IMG/VR virus record: IMGVR_UViG_3300046787_000390
Span: 69,498 to 133,497 of that record
Reading direction: 5' to 3' (one strand)
Source: a virus
Length of the DNA: 64,000 nucleotides
Position numbers and translations under genes: made by a program. The first letter of the stretch is position 1; each line of letters starts with the position of its first letter. The notes beneath the pieces are model-generated. The model saw only the letters and a program-made list of their open reading frames with translations. It was not told where the DNA came from and made no database searches. Positions 55,572 to 64,000 of this stretch are shown here, piece by piece.

Positions 55572-55627
55572 GGTTGACCAATAATGCCCGATTTGCTATA
55601 ATATACACATAAAGCAGCAAAAAGGAG
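55572..55627 (+). promoter_or_regulatory. Early promoter repeat copy with RBS
   Basis: GGTTGACC-N17-TATAATATACACATAAAG...AAAAAGGAG. Confidence 0.9.
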
Positions 55628-55633
55628 CACCAA

Positions 55634-55900
55634 ATGTTCGTAGTTTACAACTATACCGCCCCCAACTACAAGCCCCGTTACTTTGAAACAGAACGTGGTG
55701 CGAAGATTGCTCGTGGTCGCAACAATAAGAACCCTGACAAAATGGCTTGCGGTGTGCTAACGCTCGAGGCTTTTAACAATACCTATGCAAACAAAAAAGT
55801 CCAAGTTAAAAACTTGATGACTGGTAAAATGATTGAAATTATGGAATCAGATCGCAACACTTGCAACGACCCTTCGCAAGAACGTTTTTGGAGCATGTAA
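55634..55900 (+). CDS. Small early protein (V.NLMTG...CNDPS.E.FWSM)
   Basis: Promoter and RBS. Confidence 0.75.
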   Translation: MFVVYNYTAPNYKPRYFETERGAKIARGRNNKNPDKMACGVLTLEAFNNTYANKKVQVKNLMTGKMIEIMESDRNTCNDPSQERFWSM

Positions 55901-56055
55901 TGAGCTTTCGTCATTGGTGTTATGAAATGTGGAGCGAGCATAAGTTAGAAATGGAATCATACTGCCAAGGACTTCCATATTCTGCAAATGAATACTTTGC
56001 CAAATACAAATATTGGCTTAAACGTGAATATCGTTACCAACAAGGAGTGAAATAA
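55900..56055 (+). CDS. Small aromatic-rich protein
   Basis: TAATG coupling. Confidence 0.6.
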   Translation: MSFRHWCYEMWSEHKLEMESYCQGLPYSANEYFAKYKYWLKREYRYQQGVK

Positions 56056-56480
56056 TGGGACTCGACATGTATGCTTATGTTGCCGCCAACCAAGGCCAAA
56101 TGAACGAGCATTATGAAAATTACGACTACGACAAAGACACTAGCACAGTGACTAAGCCACGTGAGATTGCATACTGGCGCAAGCATCCTAACCTGCATGG
56201 TTGGATGGAAAAGTTGTGGAACGACAAAGGCCGCCCAGGATTTGATGAAAGCACAGCAGACCACGATCCCACATTTAACGGCGTTGAACTAGAACTCACG
56301 CACGAAGATTTAGACGAGCTCGAACGTGCAGTAACGCATGGTCAGTTGCCTAGCACATCGGGCTTCTTCTTTGGCAACGAAGCAGACGACCACTATCGCG
56401 AAAGTGATCTGACTTTTATCAAGAACGCTCGAGCAGAGTTGTTCTTTGGTTTAAAAGTGTTTTATAATTCTAGCTGGTAA
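56055..56480 (+). CDS. MGLDMY...YWRK-type phage protein
   Basis: MGLDMY, EIAYWRKH, GFFFG, Y.SSW. Confidence 0.75.
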   Translation: MGLDMYAYVAANQGQMNEHYENYDYDKDTSTVTKPREIAYWRKHPNLHGWMEKLWNDKGRPGFDESTADHDPTFNGVELELTHEDLDELERAVTHGQLPSTSGFFFGNEADDHYRESDLTFIKNARAELFFGLKVFYNSSW

Positions 56481-56492
56481 GAGATTAAATAT

Positions 56493-57869
56493 ATGGATGA
56501 TAGCAAATACATCAACAATAAGGAATTCCTGGGAACTATGTCTGCAGGTTGGATTCGCGATTTAGAATCTAGCGACAGCCGGATTCACAAAGAGAAAGTA
56601 ATCGAAAAAGCATTAATGGCCGCAAAGCTCGGATCTGCTGATGCACAGGCATTTCTTTTTAATTGCTACGAAGCATATAATCCCTTCCATACGTTTAATG
56701 TCAAGCAAGTACCTGAAACTGTGGGACTTGTGAACAAAGACAACAACTGGCCTATGTTCTGGGCACTGCTGGAAAACTTGCGAACTCGCGGAGTTACTGG
56801 CCATGCTGCCCGTGATGCAATTTTAGATGTGTCGGATTATTTTGATAGTGAAGAATGGAACACGGTTTGCCGTCGAGTGCTAATCAAAGACTTGCGTTGC
56901 GGTATCTCCGAAAAGACTTTGAACAAAGTACTGGCAAAGACAGAGTGGAAGATCCCTGTATTCACTTGTCAGCTTGCTACTGACTCAACTGACCGTCCTG
57001 CCAAAATGAAAGGTATTAAGCGCCTGGAAGTTAAACTAGATGGGGTGCGTGTGTTAGCAGTTGTTACCGGTAATGCTTGCACATTGTTTAGCCGTAACGG
57101 CAAAGAGTTTTTAAACTTTCCACACATTGCAGACGCTATTCTTGAAAACCGTAAAGCATTCCAGTACGGTCGAGGCACAGGCGGACGTTATGTGCTAGAT
57201 GGTGAGATTGTGGGCGAGAGTTTCCAAAAGCTCATGAAGCAAGCACAGCGCAAGTCGGATGTAGAAACTACTGGCATGGTGTATCACATTTTTGATATCT
57301 TGCCACTGGATAACTTCCAAGAAGGCCATTGCAACTTGCAACAATCCAAGCGCATTGAATGGGTTGAGTCGGCTCGCAATCAACTGATGGATACTGATTG
57401 TTTGCGTGTTATGAATGGCCTGGACGTGGACTTAGACACAGCAGAGGGACATGACATCATGGATCGCTATGCCAAAGATGCAGTAAAGCAAGGCTTTGAA
57501 GGCATCATGATCAAGGATTTGGGCGCACCGTATATTTGCAAGCGTTCGGATTCATGGATGAAATGGAAACCTACTATTACTGTTGATTTAACTGTAACAG
57601 GTTTCGAAGAAGGAACAGGTCGCAATGAAGGCCGGTTGGGTGCTATAATTTACGAAGGAGTTGATAATGGACGTAATATTCGTGTTAATGTTGGTACTGG
57701 CTTTAGTGATAATGAGCGTGATGAGCTGTGGGCCATTCGTGATCGATTACTTGGCTTCGTTGGTGAAGTCGAAGCTGACGCAGTCACCCAAAACCAAGAC
57801 GGAACATACTCCCTGAGGTTTCCACGTCAGGTGCGATTCCGTGGATTTGAACCAGGAGAAAAACTATGA
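56493..57869 (+). CDS. ATP-dependent DNA ligase (gp30-like)
   Basis: EVKLDGVR, LDGEI, FDIL, EGIMIK, WMKWK, OB domain with SLRFP. Confidence 0.95.
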   Translation: MDDSKYINNKEFLGTMSAGWIRDLESSDSRIHKEKVIEKALMAAKLGSADAQAFLFNCYEAYNPFHTFNVKQVPETVGLVNKDNNWPMFWALLENLRTRGVTGHAARDAILDVSDYFDSEEWNTVCRRVLIKDLRCGISEKTLNKVLAKTEWKIPVFTCQLATDSTDRPAKMKGIKRLEVKLDGVRVLAVVTGNACTLFSRNGKEFLNFPHIADAILENRKAFQYGRGTGGRYVLDGEIVGESFQKLMKQAQRKSDVETTGMVYHIFDILPLDNFQEGHCNLQQSKRIEWVESARNQLMDTDCLRVMNGLDVDLDTAEGHDIMDRYAKDAVKQGFEGIMIKDLGAPYICKRSDSWMKWKPTITVDLTVTGFEEGTGRNEGRLGAIIYEGVDNGRNIRVNVGTGFSDNERDELWAIRDRLLGFVGEVEADAVTQNQDGTYSLRFPRQVRFRGFEPGEKL

Positions 57870-58048
57870 TTTTAATTGCAATGGCCATTACTGCTGTGAT
57901 ATTTTTTCTAGCAGGTATGCACTGGGCCACGTGGGATCAAAATCGTGACGCCGAAGGTGCTTCCAACAGCGCCTGGTGGTCAGTGGTGCTAGCAATCATT
58001 GGCATTTACAACATGGTTAATCTTGTGGGAATGGCATCTCGGGTATGA
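57866..58048 (+). CDS. Small two-TM protein
   Basis: AGGAG RBS; hydrophobic. Confidence 0.6.
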   Translation: MILIAMAITAVIFFLAGMHWATWDQNRDAEGASNSAWWSVVLAIIGIYNMVNLVGMASRV

Positions 58049-58500
58049 AAGAAATTTTCTACAAAAAGGTCGGACGCAGGTATGTGCCTGTGCATGAATA
58101 CGATAGTGAGCTTTGTTCGGCACTCCCAAAAGGAACACACCTAATCATGTGCTACCCGGGCGGCCAAAGCACTCGATACAAAATTGATCCTAACTATGCG
58201 GCTTTAATTGCTGCTGGCCGTGTTGCCGAAGATGCGTTAAGTAATGCTATCCACAAAGCCAGTGAACTACGACCACAGAAGAATCCAATTACGCCGGGAC
58301 AAAAGAAGGCCTGGGAAAAGTTAGCAAAAGAGTTTGGCGATGAGTTAGCCACATTACAAATTAACAGCACTCGTGATATCGCCGAAGCAGGATTAAAGGC
58401 ACTAGAGGCTGAAGCTGATAAACTAATGAAACACGAAAGTGTAAAACGTGCATACGAACAATTTTTGTTAGTGTGTGAATTAACCAAGGAGAATGCATAA
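58045..58500 (+). CDS. Hypothetical protein
   Basis: Coupled ORF. Confidence 0.7.
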   Translation: MKEIFYKKVGRRYVPVHEYDSELCSALPKGTHLIMCYPGGQSTRYKIDPNYAALIAAGRVAEDALSNAIHKASELRPQKNPITPGQKKAWEKLAKEFGDELATLQINSTRDIAEAGLKALEAEADKLMKHESVKRAYEQFLLVCELTKENA

Positions 58501-59183
58501 TGTATGCAATGGAATATCGCGATGCGGCGCAAATTAATACCGCAATGGGTCGTGTTTACGGACACATGATGCTGGCTGTAATTACCAGCATGATTGTATC
58601 TATGTTTGTGGGGATGACACCCGAATTGGTGCATTTTTTCTTCACTGGCTTTATGAAGTGGATTGTGATCTTTGCACCACTTGTAGCAGTGTTTATAGTG
58701 ACCCCGATCCTGGCTAACAATCCTAGTCCGCCAGTGGCAATGGCAGCACTGCATGGATTTGCGGCGCTTATGGGCTTGAGCTTTGCAATGATCTTTGTGA
58801 TTTACACAATGGGATCGATCTTTACAGCCTTTATGGGTGCTGCGGTATTGTTTGGCACCATGAGTGCGTATGGATACTTTACTAAGCAAAGTTTAGACTC
58901 GGTAGGCAAGTATGCATTTGTGGCGTTGATTGCTATCTGCATTGCTAGCATCATCAATATCTTTATCGGTAGCGCACTTATGCAGATGGTGATTTCTGCA
59001 CTAGCAATTGTCATCTTCCTTGCACTTACTGCATACGACACACAAACAATACGCGAAATGGTGTCACATGAAGATTGTACTGTAGGCGACGAAGTATCTG
59101 GCGCACTTACCTTGTACTTGGACTTTATTAATATCTTTATCAACTTACTCCAATTGTTTGGGGTTATGAACAAGGACGACTAA
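58500..59183 (+). CDS. Bax inhibitor-1/YccA family membrane protein
   Basis: About 7 TM segments; LTAYDTQ.I; GALTLYLDFINIF..LL. Confidence 0.9.
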   Translation: MYAMEYRDAAQINTAMGRVYGHMMLAVITSMIVSMFVGMTPELVHFFFTGFMKWIVIFAPLVAVFIVTPILANNPSPPVAMAALHGFAALMGLSFAMIFVIYTMGSIFTAFMGAAVLFGTMSAYGYFTKQSLDSVGKYAFVALIAICIASIINIFIGSALMQMVISALAIVIFLALTAYDTQTIREMVSHEDCTVGDEVSGALTLYLDFINIFINLLQLFGVMNKDD

Positions 59184-59184
59184 A

Positions 59185-59958
59185 ATGGCAACTTGGAATT
59201 TATCACCACAATATAAAAAATCCGCAGTGGAGAAGATGTTCTTCTACAAAGATGGCAAGTGCATTACTATTGAGCAAGGCTTCCGCTGGGCCAACTTTAC
59301 CGTCCGATCAGACGAGCGCCCACTAACTGACTACGAACTAAAGAATGAAGACGGTTACGATCTAGGCTCAATTGACAACGACGAGTCGTGGGAAATGCAA
59401 GACATGAGCGATGGGTGTTGGTGCGACATTGAAATTGGCAATGACAAAACCACTAGTACTGACTTAGAAGAATTTGAAATTGCCTGGGGCGAAGATTGGT
59501 ATAGCGGTGTTGAAGCAATTGGCTGGAGTCAAGATGATACAGAGTATTACTACTACGGACCATTAGAGCTTACCAATGAAGACACAGGCGAAGTGTTTAA
59601 AGGCGAGCCAGATGAAGATGCTATCTCTATCGGCGGGGTACCTGTTAAAACTGAAGAGCAGTTGAAAGCAGAGCTAGACGAGTTAATTGATAGTATGCCG
59701 GCTATTCATATGTCAAATACTAGCAACCCTGTTGACTTCCCAGCCGTGAACGAAGAACCGGTAGTAACTGAATGGTATCCTGCTAGTATCAATCCGGTTC
59801 GTGTAGGTACATACCAAGTGCTAGATTGCGAACAAGAAGTTGCGTGGCCATTCCAATCTAATATCTTAGCAGGTACATGGGATGGCAAGAAGTGGGACAT
59901 TTCTGTTTCCACTACTGTAGTTAAATGGCGCGGTCTTGCAAATAATCCGGAGGCATAA
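59185..59958 (+). CDS. Acidic hypothetical protein with C-terminal W-rich domain
   Basis: TEWYP...PVRVG.Y...WDGKKW...WRGL. Confidence 0.65.
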   Translation: MATWNLSPQYKKSAVEKMFFYKDGKCITIEQGFRWANFTVRSDERPLTDYELKNEDGYDLGSIDNDESWEMQDMSDGCWCDIEIGNDKTTSTDLEEFEIAWGEDWYSGVEAIGWSQDDTEYYYYGPLELTNEDTGEVFKGEPDEDAISIGGVPVKTEEQLKAELDELIDSMPAIHMSNTSNPVDFPAVNEEPVVTEWYPASINPVRVGTYQVLDCEQEVAWPFQSNILAGTWDGKKWDISVSTTVVKWRGLANNPEA

Positions 59959-60179
59959 TGCCAATTGTATACACAGAAGTTGAAGTAGATGTTGACTTAG
60001 AAGATTTTGAAACTGATGATCTAGTTGAAGAATTAGCACGTCGTGGCAAGGGATTAGAGGTTGAATCTCAGACTGGCACTGAGCTTATTACTGCCATCTA
60101 TCAAAAGCGTAGATTGGGCAAAGATTATCAGCGTGAGTTAGATGAACTAATCTACGTTGGTATTGGAAAGATTGTGTAA
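59958..60179 (+). CDS. Hypothetical protein
   Basis: VDVDL.DF..DDL..EL..RG. Confidence 0.7.
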   Translation: MPIVYTEVEVDVDLEDFETDDLVEELARRGKGLEVESQTGTELITAIYQKRRLGKDYQRELDELIYVGIGKIV

Positions 60180-60442
60180 TGGCTACTTACTCACGCTCCC
60201 CCACTATGCCACTATCACTAAGTGAGTGGAATAAACTAGCCGAATATAATACTTACGAGCTTCACAAGCCTAATCCAGATGCAGGCATTACCATGCATGC
60301 ACATGGCGGCGACGAAATGCTTAAAGTTACCAAAGATGGCTTCTATGTTCGAGGAAAGAAGATCCCCCAGGATGACAAAGAAGCAGAAACAGTTTACAAT
60401 GCTTTTAAGCAATGGCTCTCTTGGGCCCAATTACAACGATAA
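60179..60442 (+). CDS. Hypothetical protein
   Basis: Coupled ORF. Confidence 0.6.
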   Translation: MATYSRSPTMPLSLSEWNKLAEYNTYELHKPNPDAGITMHAHGGDEMLKVTKDGFYVRGKKIPQDDKEAETVYNAFKQWLSWAQLQR

Positions 60443-60452
60443 ATATTAGGTT

Positions 60453-61991
60453 ATGCTATTCGGATACTTTACCCTATTTGTTGCGCTAACTATTAGCGCC
60501 GTGGCCGAGTTCTACAGTATTGTAGGACTTACCGCCATTTTTAGTGCTGCATTCTGGCCCATTGTTATTATGGGTGCAAGCCTGGGTGTTGGTAAAGTAA
60601 CTGCCGCTGTTTGGCTAAAGCTGAACTGGGAACGTGCCAGCTGGACCTACAAGTTATATCTTGTGCCAGCAGTTGCGTTCTTAATGGTGCTGACCAGCAT
60701 GGGCATCTTTGGCTTCTTGTCAAAAGCACACTCAGACCAAAGCATGGTATCCGGCGACTCTATGGCCAAGGTTGCTATCTACGACGAAAAGATCAAAACA
60801 GCAAAGGACAATATCGATGCAAATCGCAAAGCACTCAAACAAATGGATGAAGCTGTGGACCAAGTTATGGGTCGAAGTGCAGATGAAAAAGGTGCGGAAA
60901 AAGCAGTTGCGATACGTAGAGGGCAGACCAAAGAACGCACTAGATTACTTTCTGAGATTACAGCCGAACAGAAAGTTGTTGCCCAACTTAGTGAAGAACG
61001 GGCGCCCCTTGCCGCAGAGTTTCGCAAGGTGGAAGCAGAAGTAGGACCAATCAAATACATTGCGGCTCTAGTGTACGGCGATAATCCGGATGCAAACATT
61101 CTTGAAAAAGCTGTTCGCCTTGTGATTATCCTAATTGTTGCGGTGTTTGATCCACTTGCGCTGGTACTAATACTTGCCGCACAACAAAGTCTACGTTGGG
61201 CCAAAGAAGAGAAAGACGTACCCAAGTACGAGCCCGATGATGGCGCTCTAACAGACGATCAAGTTGAGCAACTAAAAGAAACAGCGGAGTTGGTTAAAGA
61301 AGCACCTGCAGAAGAAAAGAGTATATTCGAAAGTCATCCGTACTTGCTAAAACCTTTTAGTCACTTTAGGGACACTACACCTATTGTGTCTGTACAATCA
61401 ATCCCAGAGACTTACGCAGTCGAGCAGGATTATTCCTACATTGAACAAGATAACAAAAAATTACAGGAAGAAATAGCACAGCAAGAACAACCTAAAATTC
61501 TTGCTATGGGAATAGATGATGTTGAACGTCCAGGTGACTATATTACTCCGCCTGCCGACGACCCTGAAAAAGCAGCAATTCGTGCGTGGAAAGCAGCTAA
61601 TCCAGAAGACACTATTAAGAATCAGCGCTCGTTGTACGACGATGGTAAAATAGATAAATTGCCCTGGGAAGATGCAGCACATGCTATTGGATTAGAAGCC
61701 GATAACGAACTGCCGCATGGCGTAATGCGCGGCTTTGGATCGCAATGGCCCGATAGCCCAAACAAAGGCGATATGTATCTGCGTGTAGATCGACTACCTA
61801 GTGCTTTATACAAATACAACGGTAAATCCTGGATCGAAATTGATAAGAACCTAAGTGATCAATACAGCTATGATACTGCATATATTGACCATCTAATTGA
61901 TAAAATCGATTCTGGAGAATACGATCCTGACTTGTTAACTGAAGCTGAAGTCGAGCAGATTCAACATCGCTTCCAAACTAAACAATCCTAA
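60453..61991 (+). CDS. Membrane-anchored coiled-coil protein
   Basis: Three N-terminal TMs, coiled coil, VFDPLA TM, C-terminal GD.Y.R.D...Y.Y.G..W module; TAAATA at 60440. Confidence 0.65.
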   Translation: MLFGYFTLFVALTISAVAEFYSIVGLTAIFSAAFWPIVIMGASLGVGKVTAAVWLKLNWERASWTYKLYLVPAVAFLMVLTSMGIFGFLSKAHSDQSMVSGDSMAKVAIYDEKIKTAKDNIDANRKALKQMDEAVDQVMGRSADEKGAEKAVAIRRGQTKERTRLLSEITAEQKVVAQLSEERAPLAAEFRKVEAEVGPIKYIAALVYGDNPDANILEKAVRLVIILIVAVFDPLALVLILAAQQSLRWAKEEKDVPKYEPDDGALTDDQVEQLKETAELVKEAPAEEKSIFESHPYLLKPFSHFRDTTPIVSVQSIPETYAVEQDYSYIEQDNKKLQEEIAQQEQPKILAMGIDDVERPGDYITPPADDPEKAAIRAWKAANPEDTIKNQRSLYDDGKIDKLPWEDAAHAIGLEADNELPHGVMRGFGSQWPDSPNKGDMYLRVDRLPSALYKYNGKSWIEIDKNLSDQYSYDTAYIDHLIDKIDSGEYDPDLLTEAEVEQIQHRFQTKQS

Positions 61992-62021
61992 TAAATAAAC
62001 TACATAGTTTTTAGGAGACCT

Positions 62022-62243
62022 ATGAAATTACGAGGACGCTCAGTTTTAGTTAAAGATGACAACGTAGATCGTGCGTTGCGTAAATTTAAAAAGAAGATAA
62101 TGGATTCAGGTTTACTTAATGACCTACGTGATCGTGAATTCTACGAAAAGCCAACCACAGCAAGAAAGCGTAAAAAGTCTTCTGCTGAAAATCGTTGGAA
62201 CAAAAAAGTAGCTAGTCAACAGCTACCTAAAAAACTCTATTAA
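62022..62243 (+). CDS. rpsU: Ribosomal protein bS21
   Basis: V.V....[11 protein letters not shown]...G...[16 protein letters not shown]. Confidence 0.92.
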   Translation: MKLRGRSVLVKDDNVDRALRKFKKKIMDSGLLNDLRDREFYEKPTTARKRKKSSAENRWNKKVASQQLPKKLY

Positions 62244-62521
62244 TGTATATTGAATTCAGCCTTCCTAACGGTTCGGCTGGTCAAGCCGCAGCCCATTCGA
62301 ATCATCTCATAACTCGACATTTGCACGAGTGGAGCGACAAATACAACATTCCGTATAATACCAAGTTAATCAAATACACTAGACGCATAACATTTGATGA
62401 TGATGCACACTATGCGTTTTTTGCTATGACCTGGAATCCGGACAAAAAGTTTCATGCTTTGGGCAGATGGCGCATTGTATCTGACCTAAACAATAAAACT
62501 TCCTTTGATTCTGTGCTATAA
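62243..62521 (+). CDS. Hypothetical protein
   Basis: TAATG-coupled to rpsU. Confidence 0.65.
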   Translation: MYIEFSLPNGSAGQAAAHSNHLITRHLHEWSDKYNIPYNTKLIKYTRRITFDDDAHYAFFAMTWNPDKKFHALGRWRIVSDLNNKTSFDSVL

Positions 62522-62529
62522 TAAATAAA

Positions 62530-62686
62530 AATTGTAGTGCCACACGGGCTACACAATTCTTTTGCTTTTTAGGAGAGAACAATGATCAATCAACACGAGC
62601 CCTCGCTCAATCATTAATCCACTTATTAAGTTGTCCTACGTAATGTAGGATGTTTCGCTATTTTCGCTTTAAAAGGAGAACCTATG
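62530..62686 (+). promoter_or_regulatory. Structured groES leader with two ROSE-like (UYGCU/SD) hairpins and an 11-codon uORF
   Basis: TTCTTTTGCT-TTTT-AGGAGAGAA (62557-62579) and TTTTCGCTT-TAA-AAGGAGAA (62661-62680); uORF 62582-62617. Confidence 0.6.
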
Positions 62687-62974
62687 AAAATTCGTCCACA
62701 TCGTGACCGCATTGTAGTAAAAGTGCTAGAAGCTGATACTGTCAGTGCAGGCGGCATTGTAATTCCAGATGCAGCTACAGAAAAACCCAACAAGGGCAAA
62801 GTTATTGCTGTTGGTACAGGTCGATTGACCGAAGCAGGAACAACCGTTCCAATGGATGTTAAACCGGATGACATTGTATTGTTTGGCAAGCATGCAGGAC
62901 AAAATGTCAAAGTAAACGGTGAAGAGTTTTTGATCCTCGTTGAGGATGATGTAATGGCAGTTATTGAGGAGTAA
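62684..62974 (+). CDS. groES: Co-chaperonin GroES
   Basis: IRP..DRIVV, GGIVIPD.A.EKP..G.VIAVG.G. Confidence 0.96.
   Translation: MKIRPHRDRIVVKVLEADTVSAGGIVIPDAATEKPNKGKVIAVGTGRLTEAGTTVPMDVKPDDIVLFGKHAGQNVKVNGEEFLILVEDDVMAVIEE

Positions 62975-64000
<1,026 letters not shown>

Noticed and set aside
13708-55627. Promoter repeats as a CRISPR array or integron attC sites
   Set aside because: Spacing is irregular and gene-sized, the repeats are sigma70 promoters with an RBS rather than palindromes, and there is no cas1/cas2 or integron integrase in the window

Overview
This window is a dense, almost fully coding segment of a large T4-like (myovirus or jumbo-type) phage genome, mostly on the + strand. 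I saw no tRNA, rRNA or CRISPR array. From left to right: (1) gp32 SSB, UvsX and UvsY; (2) a ~9.5 kb glycan-building cluster with six paralogous KpsS/KpsC-like GT-B proteins, three GT-A proteins, a cytidylyltransferase-cupin fusion and methyltransferases; (3) an early cassette region with an ArfA-like peptide and an AAA+ ATPase; (4) a replication block with UvsW, a Hint-like protein, a gp62-like protein, a 192-aa miniature DnaE, primase and gp41 helicase; (5) a radical-SAM island; (6) late/virion genes, including a PolX-like nucleotidyltransferase fused to a KxDG ligase-like domain; (7) ErpA, GNAT and a Cas4-like exonuclease, a tail fibre, nrdA/nrdB/glutaredoxin and a PAAR-like protein; (8) a ~14 kb hyperplastic region of small early genes that also holds DNA ligase and a BI-1/YccA protein; (9) bS21 and groES-groEL. 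The non-coding DNA is also informative. It contains a family of near-identical sigma70 early promoters (GGTTGACC-N17-TATAAT-ATACACATA), 11-bp-phased GTANTAC boxes, TAAATA late promoters, many apparently leaderless genes, and tandem ROSE-like thermometer hairpins before groES. All product calls come from motif recognition by eye; no database search was run.
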